Positions 27,273-35,987 of a DNA stretch of 64,000 nt are shown here, piece after piece. Position numbers and translations under genes: made by a program. The notes under the pieces were generated by a model. That model did not search any database, was not told where the DNA came from, and was given only the letters and a program-made list of their open reading frames with translations. Numbering within the stretch: the first letter of the stretch is position 1; each line of letters starts with the position of its first letter. This DNA comes from Longimicrobiales bacterium (GTDB lineage: Bacteria > Gemmatimonadota > Gemmatimonadetes > Longimicrobiales > Gaopeijiaceae), in contig JAWLHJ010000006.1 in NCBI GenBank assembly GCA_041690395.1, forward strand, positions 38,530 through 102,529, written 5' to 3'.

Positions 27273-29490
27273 CGGCGCCCGCCTGCTTCGGCGGCACCCG
27301 GAGCTGCACCAGCCGGGGCCGGATCTTCTCCATGTCGTGCCGGCAGGCGCCGACCCGCTCGATGAGGTTCGTCTCGCAGACGTTACAGCGGACGCACTCC
27401 TTGAAGTCGATGTGCGGCCCGTCGATGGCGCCCGTCGGGCAGTCCTGCTCGCACACCTTGCAGACGTCGCACTGCTCCACCCGCCCAATCCTGCGGAGCG
27501 ACACGAGCGAAGCGACGGCGAGGCCCGCCCCGAGCGGGCACGCGTATCTGCAGTAGAACCGTGGAATGAACGCGGAGGCCAAGAGGAACGCGACCGCGAT
27601 CGACCAGAGGAGGAACGAGGGGCTCAGGAAGAAGACCGTCCCGAACGGCTCGAAGTACTGGTAGAGGCTCACGCGGCTTCCCATGAGCGCGGGCACGAGC
27701 ACGACGAGCAGGATCAGGTACTTCACCTTGAGCGCCGGCACGTGGATGCGCCGCGGCACGGTCACCTTGAACCGCTTCGGCACCACCCGGTCGATCATGT
27801 CCTGCAGCGCGCCGAACGGGCACAGGACGCCGCAGAAGACCCGCCCCCACAGTAGCGTAGTCGCGATCGTGACGACGACCATCATCAGCAGGGGCAGGTC
27901 GCGCACGAACACGACCGGGCCCACCCAGATGCCCGCCGTCACGTGCGAGATGGAGAGGAAGCTCCCGTCGAGGAAGCCCAGGAAGACGATCGTGGCTCCG
28001 AGCGCGGCGTAGCGGAGTCCGGTCTTCTTGCGGAAGAACGCGACCAGGGCGAGTCCGAGCACCAGCGCCAGCCCGACGACCCTCGTCCAGTCGGTGGTGT
28101 CGATCGTGCGCTGGAGCTCGGATTCCTCCTCGACGGTGGAGAAATCGAAGGGGGCCTGGCGGACCGGGGCGGGCGTCGTCGACTCGGCGGCGGGGGGCGT
28201 CGCGTTAGGCACGGTGGCGCCGGGCACCGTGGCCCCGGCAGCAGAGTCGGCCGCGGAGTCGACGGTCGATCCGGCCGCGCCCCGGGCCGAGTCCTCGGGG
28301 GGTGGGAGCGGCTCCTCGACCACGGGTTCCTCTGCTACGGGCGCCTCCGCCACCGGGGCGTCGACGACCGGGGCCTCAGCCTCCGGCTCCTCGACGACGG
28401 CCGGCTCCGGCGTCGCGCCTTCGGCCACGACGGCCCGCTCGGGCGCCTCCAGCGCGTCGAAGTACGCCAGGTAGTGCCCTTCGTGTCCGTCGACCTCGTA
28501 CATCATGGTGAAGGGCTGCGTCACGTCGATCCGGTCATCGAGCATGAACACGCCCACCATGACGGCCTCGCCGTCGACGCGCCCCCCGCGGGTCAGCCCG
28601 AGCGAGTAGACCTGACTCTCGGGAAGCTCGAGCGTGTCGCCGGCCTGCTCGACGTACCATCCCTCCCGCAGGAAGAGCCGGAGCCGCGGGCCTTCGAGCG
28701 CGTACATCACGTAGGTCGGGTCCTCGAGGTCCCAGCGCTCCGCGGCGGCGTAGATTCGCGGCAGATGCTCCGGCCCGAGGAAGAACTCGGCGATCGAGTC
28801 GTTGGGCAGATGGGTCATCGAGATGTCGAGATACCCTTCGCGGTCCTCGATCAGCATGCGCTTCAGGACCCCGCGGGTGCGCATGTCGAACCACGACATC
28901 TCCTCGAGCACGATGGGCCCCTGCTCCACCACCCCGAGGATGTCGTCCGAATAACTCTCGGCCACCCGCCGGGCTGCGTTACGGATCCCTCGCGCGAAGG
29001 CGCGCGTGCTGAGCGTCGCCCGCGAGACCCCGTCGACGTCGGCGTTCACCTCGAACGGATCGGCGATGCTCTTGCCGGCGAACTGCTCCTGGATGCCCCG
29101 GCGCCGCAGGAAGTCCCCCATGCTGCTCATGTAGGACTCGTAGTAGTCCGTGACCCGGGCCCCGGTGATCAGGCCGTCGATGCCGAGCCCCACGATGGCG
29201 CGCACCGGTCCGCTGTAGCCGAGCTGCTCGGGCGGGATGTCCTGGGTGAGGAAGACGAAGCCCAGGAAGAGATCCCCCTTGTAGGCGCGGATCACCGGCG
29301 GGTCGCCGGACTTGCTTTCGAAGCGATCCGCGGCCGGCATGACCTCGAGCAAGAGGTCCCGGGAAACACCGGAGACCGATTGAGCGGCCGCGTCCGTCGC
29401 GAACGCCGCGCTCAGGCACCACAAGACGAGCGCCGCCCATGCGAACGCGGGCGGGCGACGGCTACGGGCGGCTCTCGAGGGTGGGGTCAT
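27265..29490 (-). CDS. NosR/NirI-like FMN-binding, membrane 4Fe-4S protein
   Basis: GYSGP and DGVSRATLST FMN-bind region; CGVLCPFG, CRYACPLG and two CxxCxxC clusters. Confidence 0.85.
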   Translation of the reverse strand: MTPPSRAARSRRPPAFAWAALVLWCLSAAFATDAAAQSVSGVSRDLLLEVMPAADRFESKSGDPPVIRAYKGDLFLGFVFLTQDIPPEQLGYSGPVRAIVGLGIDGLITGARVTDYYESYMSSMGDFLRRRGIQEQFAGKSIADPFEVNADVDGVSRATLSTRAFARGIRNAARRVAESYSDDILGVVEQGPIVLEEMSWFDMRTRGVLKRMLIEDREGYLDISMTHLPNDSIAEFFLGPEHLPRIYAAAERWDLEDPTYVMYALEGPRLRLFLREGWYVEQAGDTLELPESQVYSLGLTRGGRVDGEAVMVGVFMLDDRIDVTQPFTMMYEVDGHEGHYLAYFDALEAPERAVVAEGATPEPAVVEEPEAEAPVVDAPVAEAPVAEEPVVEEPLPPPEDSARGAAGSTVDSAADSAAGATVPGATVPNATPPAAESTTPAPVRQAPFDFSTVEEESELQRTIDTTDWTRVVGLALVLGLALVAFFRKKTGLRYAALGATIVFLGFLDGSFLSISHVTAGIWVGPVVFVRDLPLLMMVVVTIATTLLWGRVFCGVLCPFGALQDMIDRVVPKRFKVTVPRRIHVPALKVKYLILLVVLVPALMGSRVSLYQYFEPFGTVFFLSPSFLLWSIAVAFLLASAFIPRFYCRYACPLGAGLAVASLVSLRRIGRVEQCDVCKVCEQDCPTGAIDGPHIDFKECVRCNVCETNLIERVGACRHDMEKIRPRLVQLRVPPKQAGAGV

Positions 29491-29688
29491 CGACGCAACA
29501 TGGGGACGTGGGACCATTCAGGGACACGGCGGGCGGGTGCGCTGCTGAGTATGGGGCGCGCCGGCCGGACGGCAACCGGACGCGGCGCGGGGGGTAGACC
29601 TGTCGCACGACGCCTCGGTTGGACATTATCCGGGCCTTCGTCCGCCGGTGGCTTCCGGTGGGACGGGACATAGACTCCAGGAGGACGC

Positions 29689-30540
29689 ATGAGGAAGGGT
29701 TTCCGCGCGCTGAGCGCTCTGGTCGTGGCCACGGGAATGGCCGTCGCACCCGCCGCCGCCCAGCAGCAAGAGCGGCACGACATGACGACGTACGAGCGGC
29801 CGATCGAGATGGCCGACAACGTCTGGATCGAGGAGCTCACGGCGCTGGAAGTCCGGGACCTCCTGGCCGGCGGCACGAACACCGCGCTCATCCTCGTGGG
29901 TGGCATCGAGGAGAATGGCCCGTACCTGACGACCGGCAAGCACAACCACGTACTCCGGGTCATGGGCGACGCCATCGCGCGTAAGCTCGGCAACACGCTC
30001 GTGGCGCCGATCATCGCGGTCGAGCCCGGTAATCCGGAGCGGGTGAGCGCGCTCGGTCAGATTCGCTACTCGCAGGAGACGTACCGGGCGGTGCTCCGCG
30101 ACTACGCGGTCAGCCTGAAGTCCCAGGGTTTCACGCGCATCTTCATGATGGGTGACAGCGGCGGGAACCTCCGCGGCATGGAAGAAATCGCCGCCGAGCT
30201 GTCCGAGGCCTGGGCCGGTGAGGGCGTGATCATCGACCACATCGAGGAGTTCTACAACTACGCGGACGTGCTCGCCTACCAGAACGAGGTCCTCGGCGTG
30301 CCCGAGGTCCAGTACGACGACGGCTTCCACGACAACTACTACATCACGTCGATCATCATGAACGACGACCCGCGCTATGTGCGCTTCGAGGAGCGCCTGA
30401 ACGCGGGCAAAGCGTCGATCAACGGGGTTTCGATCACGCCCATCGGCGAGACGCTCGAGCACGGCCGGAGGCTCATCGACTTCCGGGCGGGCGTGACCGT
30501 GGACGCCATCCGCAAGACGATCGCCGACCACACGCACTGA
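29689..30540 (+). CDS. Creatininase-family amidohydrolase with signal peptide
   Basis: GGIEENGPYL..GKH, GDSGGN, H motifs. Confidence 0.8.
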   Translation: MRKGFRALSALVVATGMAVAPAAAQQQERHDMTTYERPIEMADNVWIEELTALEVRDLLAGGTNTALILVGGIEENGPYLTTGKHNHVLRVMGDAIARKLGNTLVAPIIAVEPGNPERVSALGQIRYSQETYRAVLRDYAVSLKSQGFTRIFMMGDSGGNLRGMEEIAAELSEAWAGEGVIIDHIEEFYNYADVLAYQNEVLGVPEVQYDDGFHDNYYITSIIMNDDPRYVRFEERLNAGKASINGVSITPIGETLEHGRRLIDFRAGVTVDAIRKTIADHTH

Positions 30541-30621
30541 GGTCGGTCCGGCGCGACAGGGCTGGCGCCGGGGTCCGCCCCGGCGCCGAGCCCGGCCGCG
30601 TGAGCCGCAGCCGGCCGGCGC

Positions 30622-33600
30622 TCAGCCGATCCGGTCGGGCTCGATGCGCAGGCGGGCCCGGCCGAGTGCGGCGGGCCACAGGGGCGTGAGCGAAACGCCC
30701 TGGACCGATGACTCGGGTCCCTGCTCGGACTTGGACATCGTGCGGATCTCGTAGCGCTGGAGCTCGGCCGGCTCCGGGTCGAGGACGAGGTCCACGTCAT
30801 GGGACAGCGACAGCTCGGGCGCGAACCAGGCGTCCGGCGGGAAGTCGGCCGCGTCCCATCGGTAGGTGATCTCGAGGGTCCCGTCCTCCTCGAATACGAT
30901 CTCCTTCGTCAGCCCTCCGAGCCCGTCGAAGGACAGGCCGACGCCGAAGCGTCCCTCGCCCCGGCTCACCGCGACGTCGGGTCGTTCCCGCGCCCAGGAC
31001 CGCAGCGGATCGTAGTCGGCCGCGGCGTAGGCCTCGCTCGAGAGCCCGCCGTGCAGCACCCGATCCACGGTGAGCGCCCGGTCCTCGAGGTCGTACGGAG
31101 GGAGCTCCTCGAAGCCCAGCCGCTCCTCCAGCGCGTGGATGGACGGCATCCCGTCGGCGTCGGCGGCGTGCGTGCCGTCCTCGTGGGCGGTCCCATGCGC
31201 AGTCTCATGGCTGCCCGCGCGGTGATAGCTCTCCCAGCGGCGCGTGAGCACGTCCGCGAGGTTGCGCCGCGCCGCGAAGTCCACGAGCTCCGTGACCGCG
31301 CCTCCCCGGGTGAGGTCGATCATCGCCGAGAAGGCGCCGGAGTGGACCCACAACTCGTCTCCGGCCGGGCCGCGCAGCATCTCTCCGTCGAGCCCCTCCC
31401 CGGCACGCAGCAATCCTTCCGCCTCGGCGAGGTTCGCCCAGATGGCCTCCCTGAGATGGCGGAGGTACAGCCCGCCGAACACGCCGTGCCAGTACGCGTC
31501 GTTGCAGCGGGCGCGGCCGAGGGCGTGGCTGGCCTCCGGGCCGGCGTCGCGCTCGGCGCAGAGGCCGGCGAGCCGGGCCGCCTTCCGGTGCATCCGCCCC
31601 GACTCGGCGTAGATCGCCATGAAGTTGCGCCAGTGCCCTCCCCGCACGAACCGGGACGCCACGTGCGCCGCACCCGTGTGGCCGAGCGCCTCCTCGACCT
31701 GCTCGAGGGCGACCGCCGAGGCCGGCGGCAGCGACCACCCTTCCATCTCGCTGTACGACGCGGACGGCAGGTACGACGGGCCGGCCGCAGGCACACGCTC
31801 CACGGCATCCGAGGCGCGCACCATTTCCACCACGCCGTCCTCGATGAGGCCGCCCATCGTTCGCACGAAGTCCTCGATCCAGCCGGAGCCCCACACCCAC
31901 TCCGCGGTGCCCGGCCACCCTCCGAACTTCTCGCCGTCGTCCGCGAGGATCGCGAGCGCCCGGTCTTCGGCACGCAGCCCCCGCAGATACCGCTCCAGCT
32001 CGGCGACGGGCCTGAACGGCACGAGATAACGGAGCCGCTCGTCGATGGGCAGGAGCGCCATCGTCCGGCCGCCGGACTCGGTCCGGTGGGGCTGGTGGAG
32101 GGTGTGCGGCTCGTGTCCGGCGACGAGGAAATGCCTGTCGTCGACGAAGGCGTAGCGGATGCCGGCGTCGACGAGATCGACCACGAGGTCGGGCTCCCAT
32201 ACGCGTTCCGTCAGCCAGAGCCCGGCGGCCTCGACTCCGAACCGCCGCTCCACCCACTCCCTCATCCAGCCGATCTGCTCGACCCGCTCGGGCCGGGAGA
32301 GCGCGGGGAGCACGGGCTCGTAAAGCCCAGACAGGAGGACGTCGAGCGAGTCCGCCGCGGCGAGCTCGCCGATGACGTCGAGGAGCTCGTGCCCCTCGCG
32401 CTCCAGCCACTGGAGCAGGGGCCCGGACACGTGGAGCGTCAGCGGCAGGAGGTCGTGGTCGGCCATTCGTCGGAGGAAGGGCAGATACACGTCGTCCGTG
32501 TGGCTCCGGAAGACCTCGTCGAAGTTGCCCACCGGCTGGTGCAGGTGCAGCCCGAAGACGAAGCCGACCGGGCCCCGCCCGCCGATGGAGCGCGGCTCGA
32601 AGAACCGGTCGCTGAACCCGAGGGCCCGAGTGGCGGCGCGGATCGCGGGTGTGGCGTCCGCACCCAGACGTGGGAGCGCCCGCGCGACCAGGGACTGCGC
32701 CGCCGTCACGACCCGCGGGTCTCCCGCCTCGGTGCCCCGGGCTCGGTGGGTGACCTCCCGCGACGTCGCCGGACCCGGCGCGCGGAGGAAGCGCCGCACC
32801 GCGGTGAGGAGCGGCGCGTCGTGGACCGCTGCGCCCCTGAGGCTTACGTCCGTCACGCCTTCCGCCGGAGCCGGCGGCGCGCCCCGGATCCGCTCGTTCC
32901 AGAGGCGCCGGCCGGTCCCCGCCTCGGGATCGTTGCTCCGTGCGTCCACCAGACGGGAGCGTAGGCGCTCCTCCCAACGTTCGGCGGCGGCGGTGGAGCG
33001 CTCGCCCAGACGCCGGACCCCGTCGAGCGCATGCGCCGCATAGCGCAGCACCTGGAGCGGTTCGAGACCGGCCAGGTCGTCGAAGAACCAGCCGCAGGAC
33101 GTGAACATCCGGAGCGCGTCGCGCTCGATCTCGAGCAGCGTCAGCGCCCGCGTGACCTCGTCGTCCGAGAGCGCCTCACGCGCGTGCCCTCTCGCGAGCT
33201 CGCGTCGCGCCGGCACCCCGGCGTCGAGAACGGAGCCGTAAAGGTCGCGGACCGCCCAGGGGTCATCGAAGAAGCGAGCGGCCTCCGACTCGTAGAGCGC
33301 GTGCAGATCCGCGGCCAACTCGTCGAGCGCGTCCCGGAGCACGGGCCTCCACGCCTGCTGAGTCTTCTGGTGCGGCGCCATCTTGCAGCCGCACTCCGCC
33401 CGCCACCGGTCGACGCCGTGGGCGCACGACCACGAGCTGGGCTCGACGAGCACGACATCCTCGGTCGGCTCGCTCCGGCTCAGGAACGCAGCATACCCCT
33501 CGAGCCGTACCCGCCCGCCGGCCTCCAGACCGGTGAGCGTCGCGGCCAGCGCCATGTCCGCCCAGCGATGGTGGTGCCCGAACGTCTCACCGTCCGTCGC

Positions 33601-34329
33601 GAGCGATACCAGGCGGGCGCCCGGCTCCTCCGACCGCTGGATCACGCCACGGATCCACGCGTCGGCGTTGCCGAGGAGCGACCCGAACGCGACCCCGTGA
33701 GACAGCCCACCGTCGTAGACGAACACCGCGATCGAGCGCCCGCCGGGCAGGGACACCCGCCCGGGCAACCCGTGGCGTGGCGCCTCTTCGACCTGGCCGG
33801 GCGCCAGGACGGTGAACGCGATCCCCTCCTCGGCCAGCACCTCCAACGTCTCGGTGTCGACCGCGGTCTCCGGAAGCCACATGCCCTCGGGATCCCGACC
33901 GAACCGGCTGCGGAAGTCGGCGATCCCCCAGCGCACCTCGGTGACCTTCTCGCGGCGCGAAGCGAGGGGCAGGATGACGTGATGATACGGGGCGGCCAGC
34001 GCGTTGCCGAAGCCCGTGCGCTCCAGGCTGCGCCGGTCCGCCTCGAGGAACGCGGCATACGTGGCGGGCGCCTCCCGGGCGAGCCAGCGCAGGAGGGTCG
34101 GCCCGGCGTCCCAGCTCATCCACTCGAGCGTGTTGACGACGTCCCGGATCCGTCCTTCCCCGTCGAGCACGCGTGCTTCCGTGACCGGCCGGTAGCACTC
34201 GGCCAGGATCCGCTCGTTCCAGTCGTGGTAGGGCGCCGCCGATGCCTCGCGCGGCACGCGGTCTGTTCTCGGATCTTCTCTCGGGGGTTGGTAGAAGTGG
34301 CCGTGCACGACCACCGAAGGACGGGTCAC
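30622..34329 (-). CDS. Double GH57 fusion: DUF3536-type GH57 + 4-alpha-glucanotransferase/alpha-amylase GH57
   Basis: HGHFYQPPRE, WLPET, DGETFGHH, FTSCGWFFDD; then HLHQPVGNF, WLTER, DDGEKFG, NDAYWHGVFGG in one frame. GTG 34329 overlaps glgA stop. Confidence 0.85.
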   Translation of the reverse strand: MTRPSVVVHGHFYQPPREDPRTDRVPREASAAPYHDWNERILAECYRPVTEARVLDGEGRIRDVVNTLEWMSWDAGPTLLRWLAREAPATYAAFLEADRRSLERTGFGNALAAPYHHVILPLASRREKVTEVRWGIADFRSRFGRDPEGMWLPETAVDTETLEVLAEEGIAFTVLAPGQVEEAPRHGLPGRVSLPGGRSIAVFVYDGGLSHGVAFGSLLGNADAWIRGVIQRSEEPGARLVSLATDGETFGHHHRWADMALAATLTGLEAGGRVRLEGYAAFLSRSEPTEDVVLVEPSSWSCAHGVDRWRAECGCKMAPHQKTQQAWRPVLRDALDELAADLHALYESEAARFFDDPWAVRDLYGSVLDAGVPARRELARGHAREALSDDEVTRALTLLEIERDALRMFTSCGWFFDDLAGLEPLQVLRYAAHALDGVRRLGERSTAAAERWEERLRSRLVDARSNDPEAGTGRRLWNERIRGAPPAPAEGVTDVSLRGAAVHDAPLLTAVRRFLRAPGPATSREVTHRARGTEAGDPRVVTAAQSLVARALPRLGADATPAIRAATRALGFSDRFFEPRSIGGRGPVGFVFGLHLHQPVGNFDEVFRSHTDDVYLPFLRRMADHDLLPLTLHVSGPLLQWLEREGHELLDVIGELAAADSLDVLLSGLYEPVLPALSRPERVEQIGWMREWVERRFGVEAAGLWLTERVWEPDLVVDLVDAGIRYAFVDDRHFLVAGHEPHTLHQPHRTESGGRTMALLPIDERLRYLVPFRPVAELERYLRGLRAEDRALAILADDGEKFGGWPGTAEWVWGSGWIEDFVRTMGGLIEDGVVEMVRASDAVERVPAAGPSYLPSASYSEMEGWSLPPASAVALEQVEEALGHTGAAHVASRFVRGGHWRNFMAIYAESGRMHRKAARLAGLCAERDAGPEASHALGRARCNDAYWHGVFGGLYLRHLREAIWANLAEAEGLLRAGEGLDGEMLRGPAGDELWVHSGAFSAMIDLTRGGAVTELVDFAARRNLADVLTRRWESYHRAGSHETAHGTAHEDGTHAADADGMPSIHALEERLGFEELPPYDLEDRALTVDRVLHGGLSSEAYAAADYDPLRSWARERPDVAVSRGEGRFGVGLSFDGLGGLTKEIVFEEDGTLEITYRWDAADFPPDAWFAPELSLSHDVDLVLDPEPAELQRYEIRTMSKSEQGPESSVQGVSLTPLWPAALGRARLRIEPDRIG

Positions 34330-35864
34330 GCCGTGCCTCCGGCGGAGGCTTCGTCCGCACGGACCCGCGCCCGGTGCTCGGACGCGATGCGGTACACGTC
34401 CGCGTACGCGGCGGCCGATCGGTCCCAGCTGAAGTCGCGGGCCATGGCCGTACGCACCCGCTCCTCCCAGGAGTCGCGGTGCCCGTACAGATCGATGGCG
34501 TACTTCACGGCCTCCTCGAGCGCCCACGGCTGATACTCGTCGAACAGGAAGCCGGTGATCCGGTCCTCGACGGTGTCGGCCAGGCCGCCGACGCGCCGCA
34601 CCACGGGGAGCGCACCGTAGCGCTGCGCGCGCATCTGCGTCAGACCGCACGGCTCGTACAGCGAAGGCATCAGCAGGAAATCCGCGGCCGCGAGCAGCTT
34701 GTGCTCCCGCTCCTCGGTGAAGGCGAAGCTGTATCCGATCCGGTCCGGGGCCTTGGCCGCCAGGGCAGCGATGGCGTCCTGGTAGCGGTCCTCGCCCTCC
34801 CCGAGGAAGGCCCACTGGGCGTCGAGCCGGGGGATCATCTCCGCGCCGAGAATGAGGTCGAGCCCCTTCTGCTCCACCAGCCGCGCGCTCATCGCGAAGA
34901 GGGGCGTGTCCGCGTCCGGCGTGAGTCCGAGCACGTCCTGGAACCACACCTTGCACCGCGCCTTGCCCGAGAGGTCGTCCGCCGAATAGCGCGCCTCGAT
35001 CGCCGGGTCGGTCTCCGGGTCCCAGACCTCGTAGTCGATCCCGTTGAGGATGCCCACGAACCGGTCCTGAAGGAGATTGAAGGTGTCGTGGAGGCCGAAG
35101 CCGCCGGTGCGCGTGCGCAGCTCGTGCGCGTGCGTCGGACTCACCGTGGTCACCATGTCGGCGAACACGAGCCCGCCCTTGAGCAGGTTCACCTTCCCGT
35201 ACCACTCCATCCGGTCCATGGTGAACAGCCCCGGGTCGAGCCCGAGCTCCGTCAGCACCTCGGGGCCGTGGTGGCCCTGATAGCCGGCGTTGTGGACCGT
35301 GATGACCGAGGGGATGGCGTCGTAGTAGGCGTCGCCGGCGTGCGCGGTGCGCAGGAGCACGGGCGCCAGCGCGGTGTGCCAGTCGTGCGGATGGATCACC
35401 GGGGGCGACGGCGACACGGACGGGAGTCGGTCGAGCGCGGCCCGGCAGAAGAACGAGAAGCGCAGGTGGTTGTCCGGGTAGTCGCCACCGTCACCGTATA
35501 GCCCGGGGCGGTCGAAGTAGCCCTCGTGCTCCACGAAGTAGATCCTGGGCGCGCCGTTCGCTACCCCGTGGTCGCGGAAGAGCCTCGCCCGCTCCACGCC
35601 CTTCGCCGTGGGCACGTCGAAGGCGTCGCCCTCCGGGCGGAGGTCCGCGCCCGCCTCCCTCACCCTGCGGTAGAGCGGCATGATGACCGCGACGTCGCGC
35701 CCGGCTTTCGCCTGATAGGTCGCGATGCCGCGGACCGCCTCGGCGAGCCCGCCGGTGCGCGCGTACGGCCAGTACTCGGTCGCGAGGTGGACGACCGGAC
35801 GGGCACCCTCGAGATCGGGCGTCGCGTGGGCCCCGGAGCCGGGGTCTGTCTTCCTGGAAGGCAT
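34326..35864 (-). CDS. glgA: Glycogen synthase
   Basis: ARTGGLA, HDWHT, TVHNAGYQG, PSLYEPCGLTQM, GGLADTV. Confidence 0.95.
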   Translation of the reverse strand: MPSRKTDPGSGAHATPDLEGARPVVHLATEYWPYARTGGLAEAVRGIATYQAKAGRDVAVIMPLYRRVREAGADLRPEGDAFDVPTAKGVERARLFRDHGVANGAPRIYFVEHEGYFDRPGLYGDGGDYPDNHLRFSFFCRAALDRLPSVSPSPPVIHPHDWHTALAPVLLRTAHAGDAYYDAIPSVITVHNAGYQGHHGPEVLTELGLDPGLFTMDRMEWYGKVNLLKGGLVFADMVTTVSPTHAHELRTRTGGFGLHDTFNLLQDRFVGILNGIDYEVWDPETDPAIEARYSADDLSGKARCKVWFQDVLGLTPDADTPLFAMSARLVEQKGLDLILGAEMIPRLDAQWAFLGEGEDRYQDAIAALAAKAPDRIGYSFAFTEEREHKLLAAADFLLMPSLYEPCGLTQMRAQRYGALPVVRRVGGLADTVEDRITGFLFDEYQPWALEEAVKYAIDLYGHRDSWEERVRTAMARDFSWDRSAAAYADVYRIASEHRARVRADEASAGGTA

Positions 35865-35987
35865 GGGCGCGGCTCGCTGGCGGTGGACCCGGGAAAGGCG
35901 ATGCCACAACATACACTCCCCCGAACACGAGTTCGACCGTCCGGGCAGCACTCCGCACGCTTCGTTACCGACAGCCCCGGAGCATCC

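Noticed and set aside
24495..27365. 956-aa plus-strand ORF and similar long shadows (41305..45795, 38409..40532, 21677..23935, 23869..26127)
   Set aside because: Alternative or antisense frames of well-supported genes, expected at high GC.
28150..28440. Repetitive GC-rich stretch
   Set aside because: Encodes the Pro/Ala/Glu linker of the NosR-like protein, not a DNA repeat element.
35745..35765. GlgA RTGGL instead of KTGGL
   Set aside because: Conservative substitution; other motifs intact, so no evidence of altered function.
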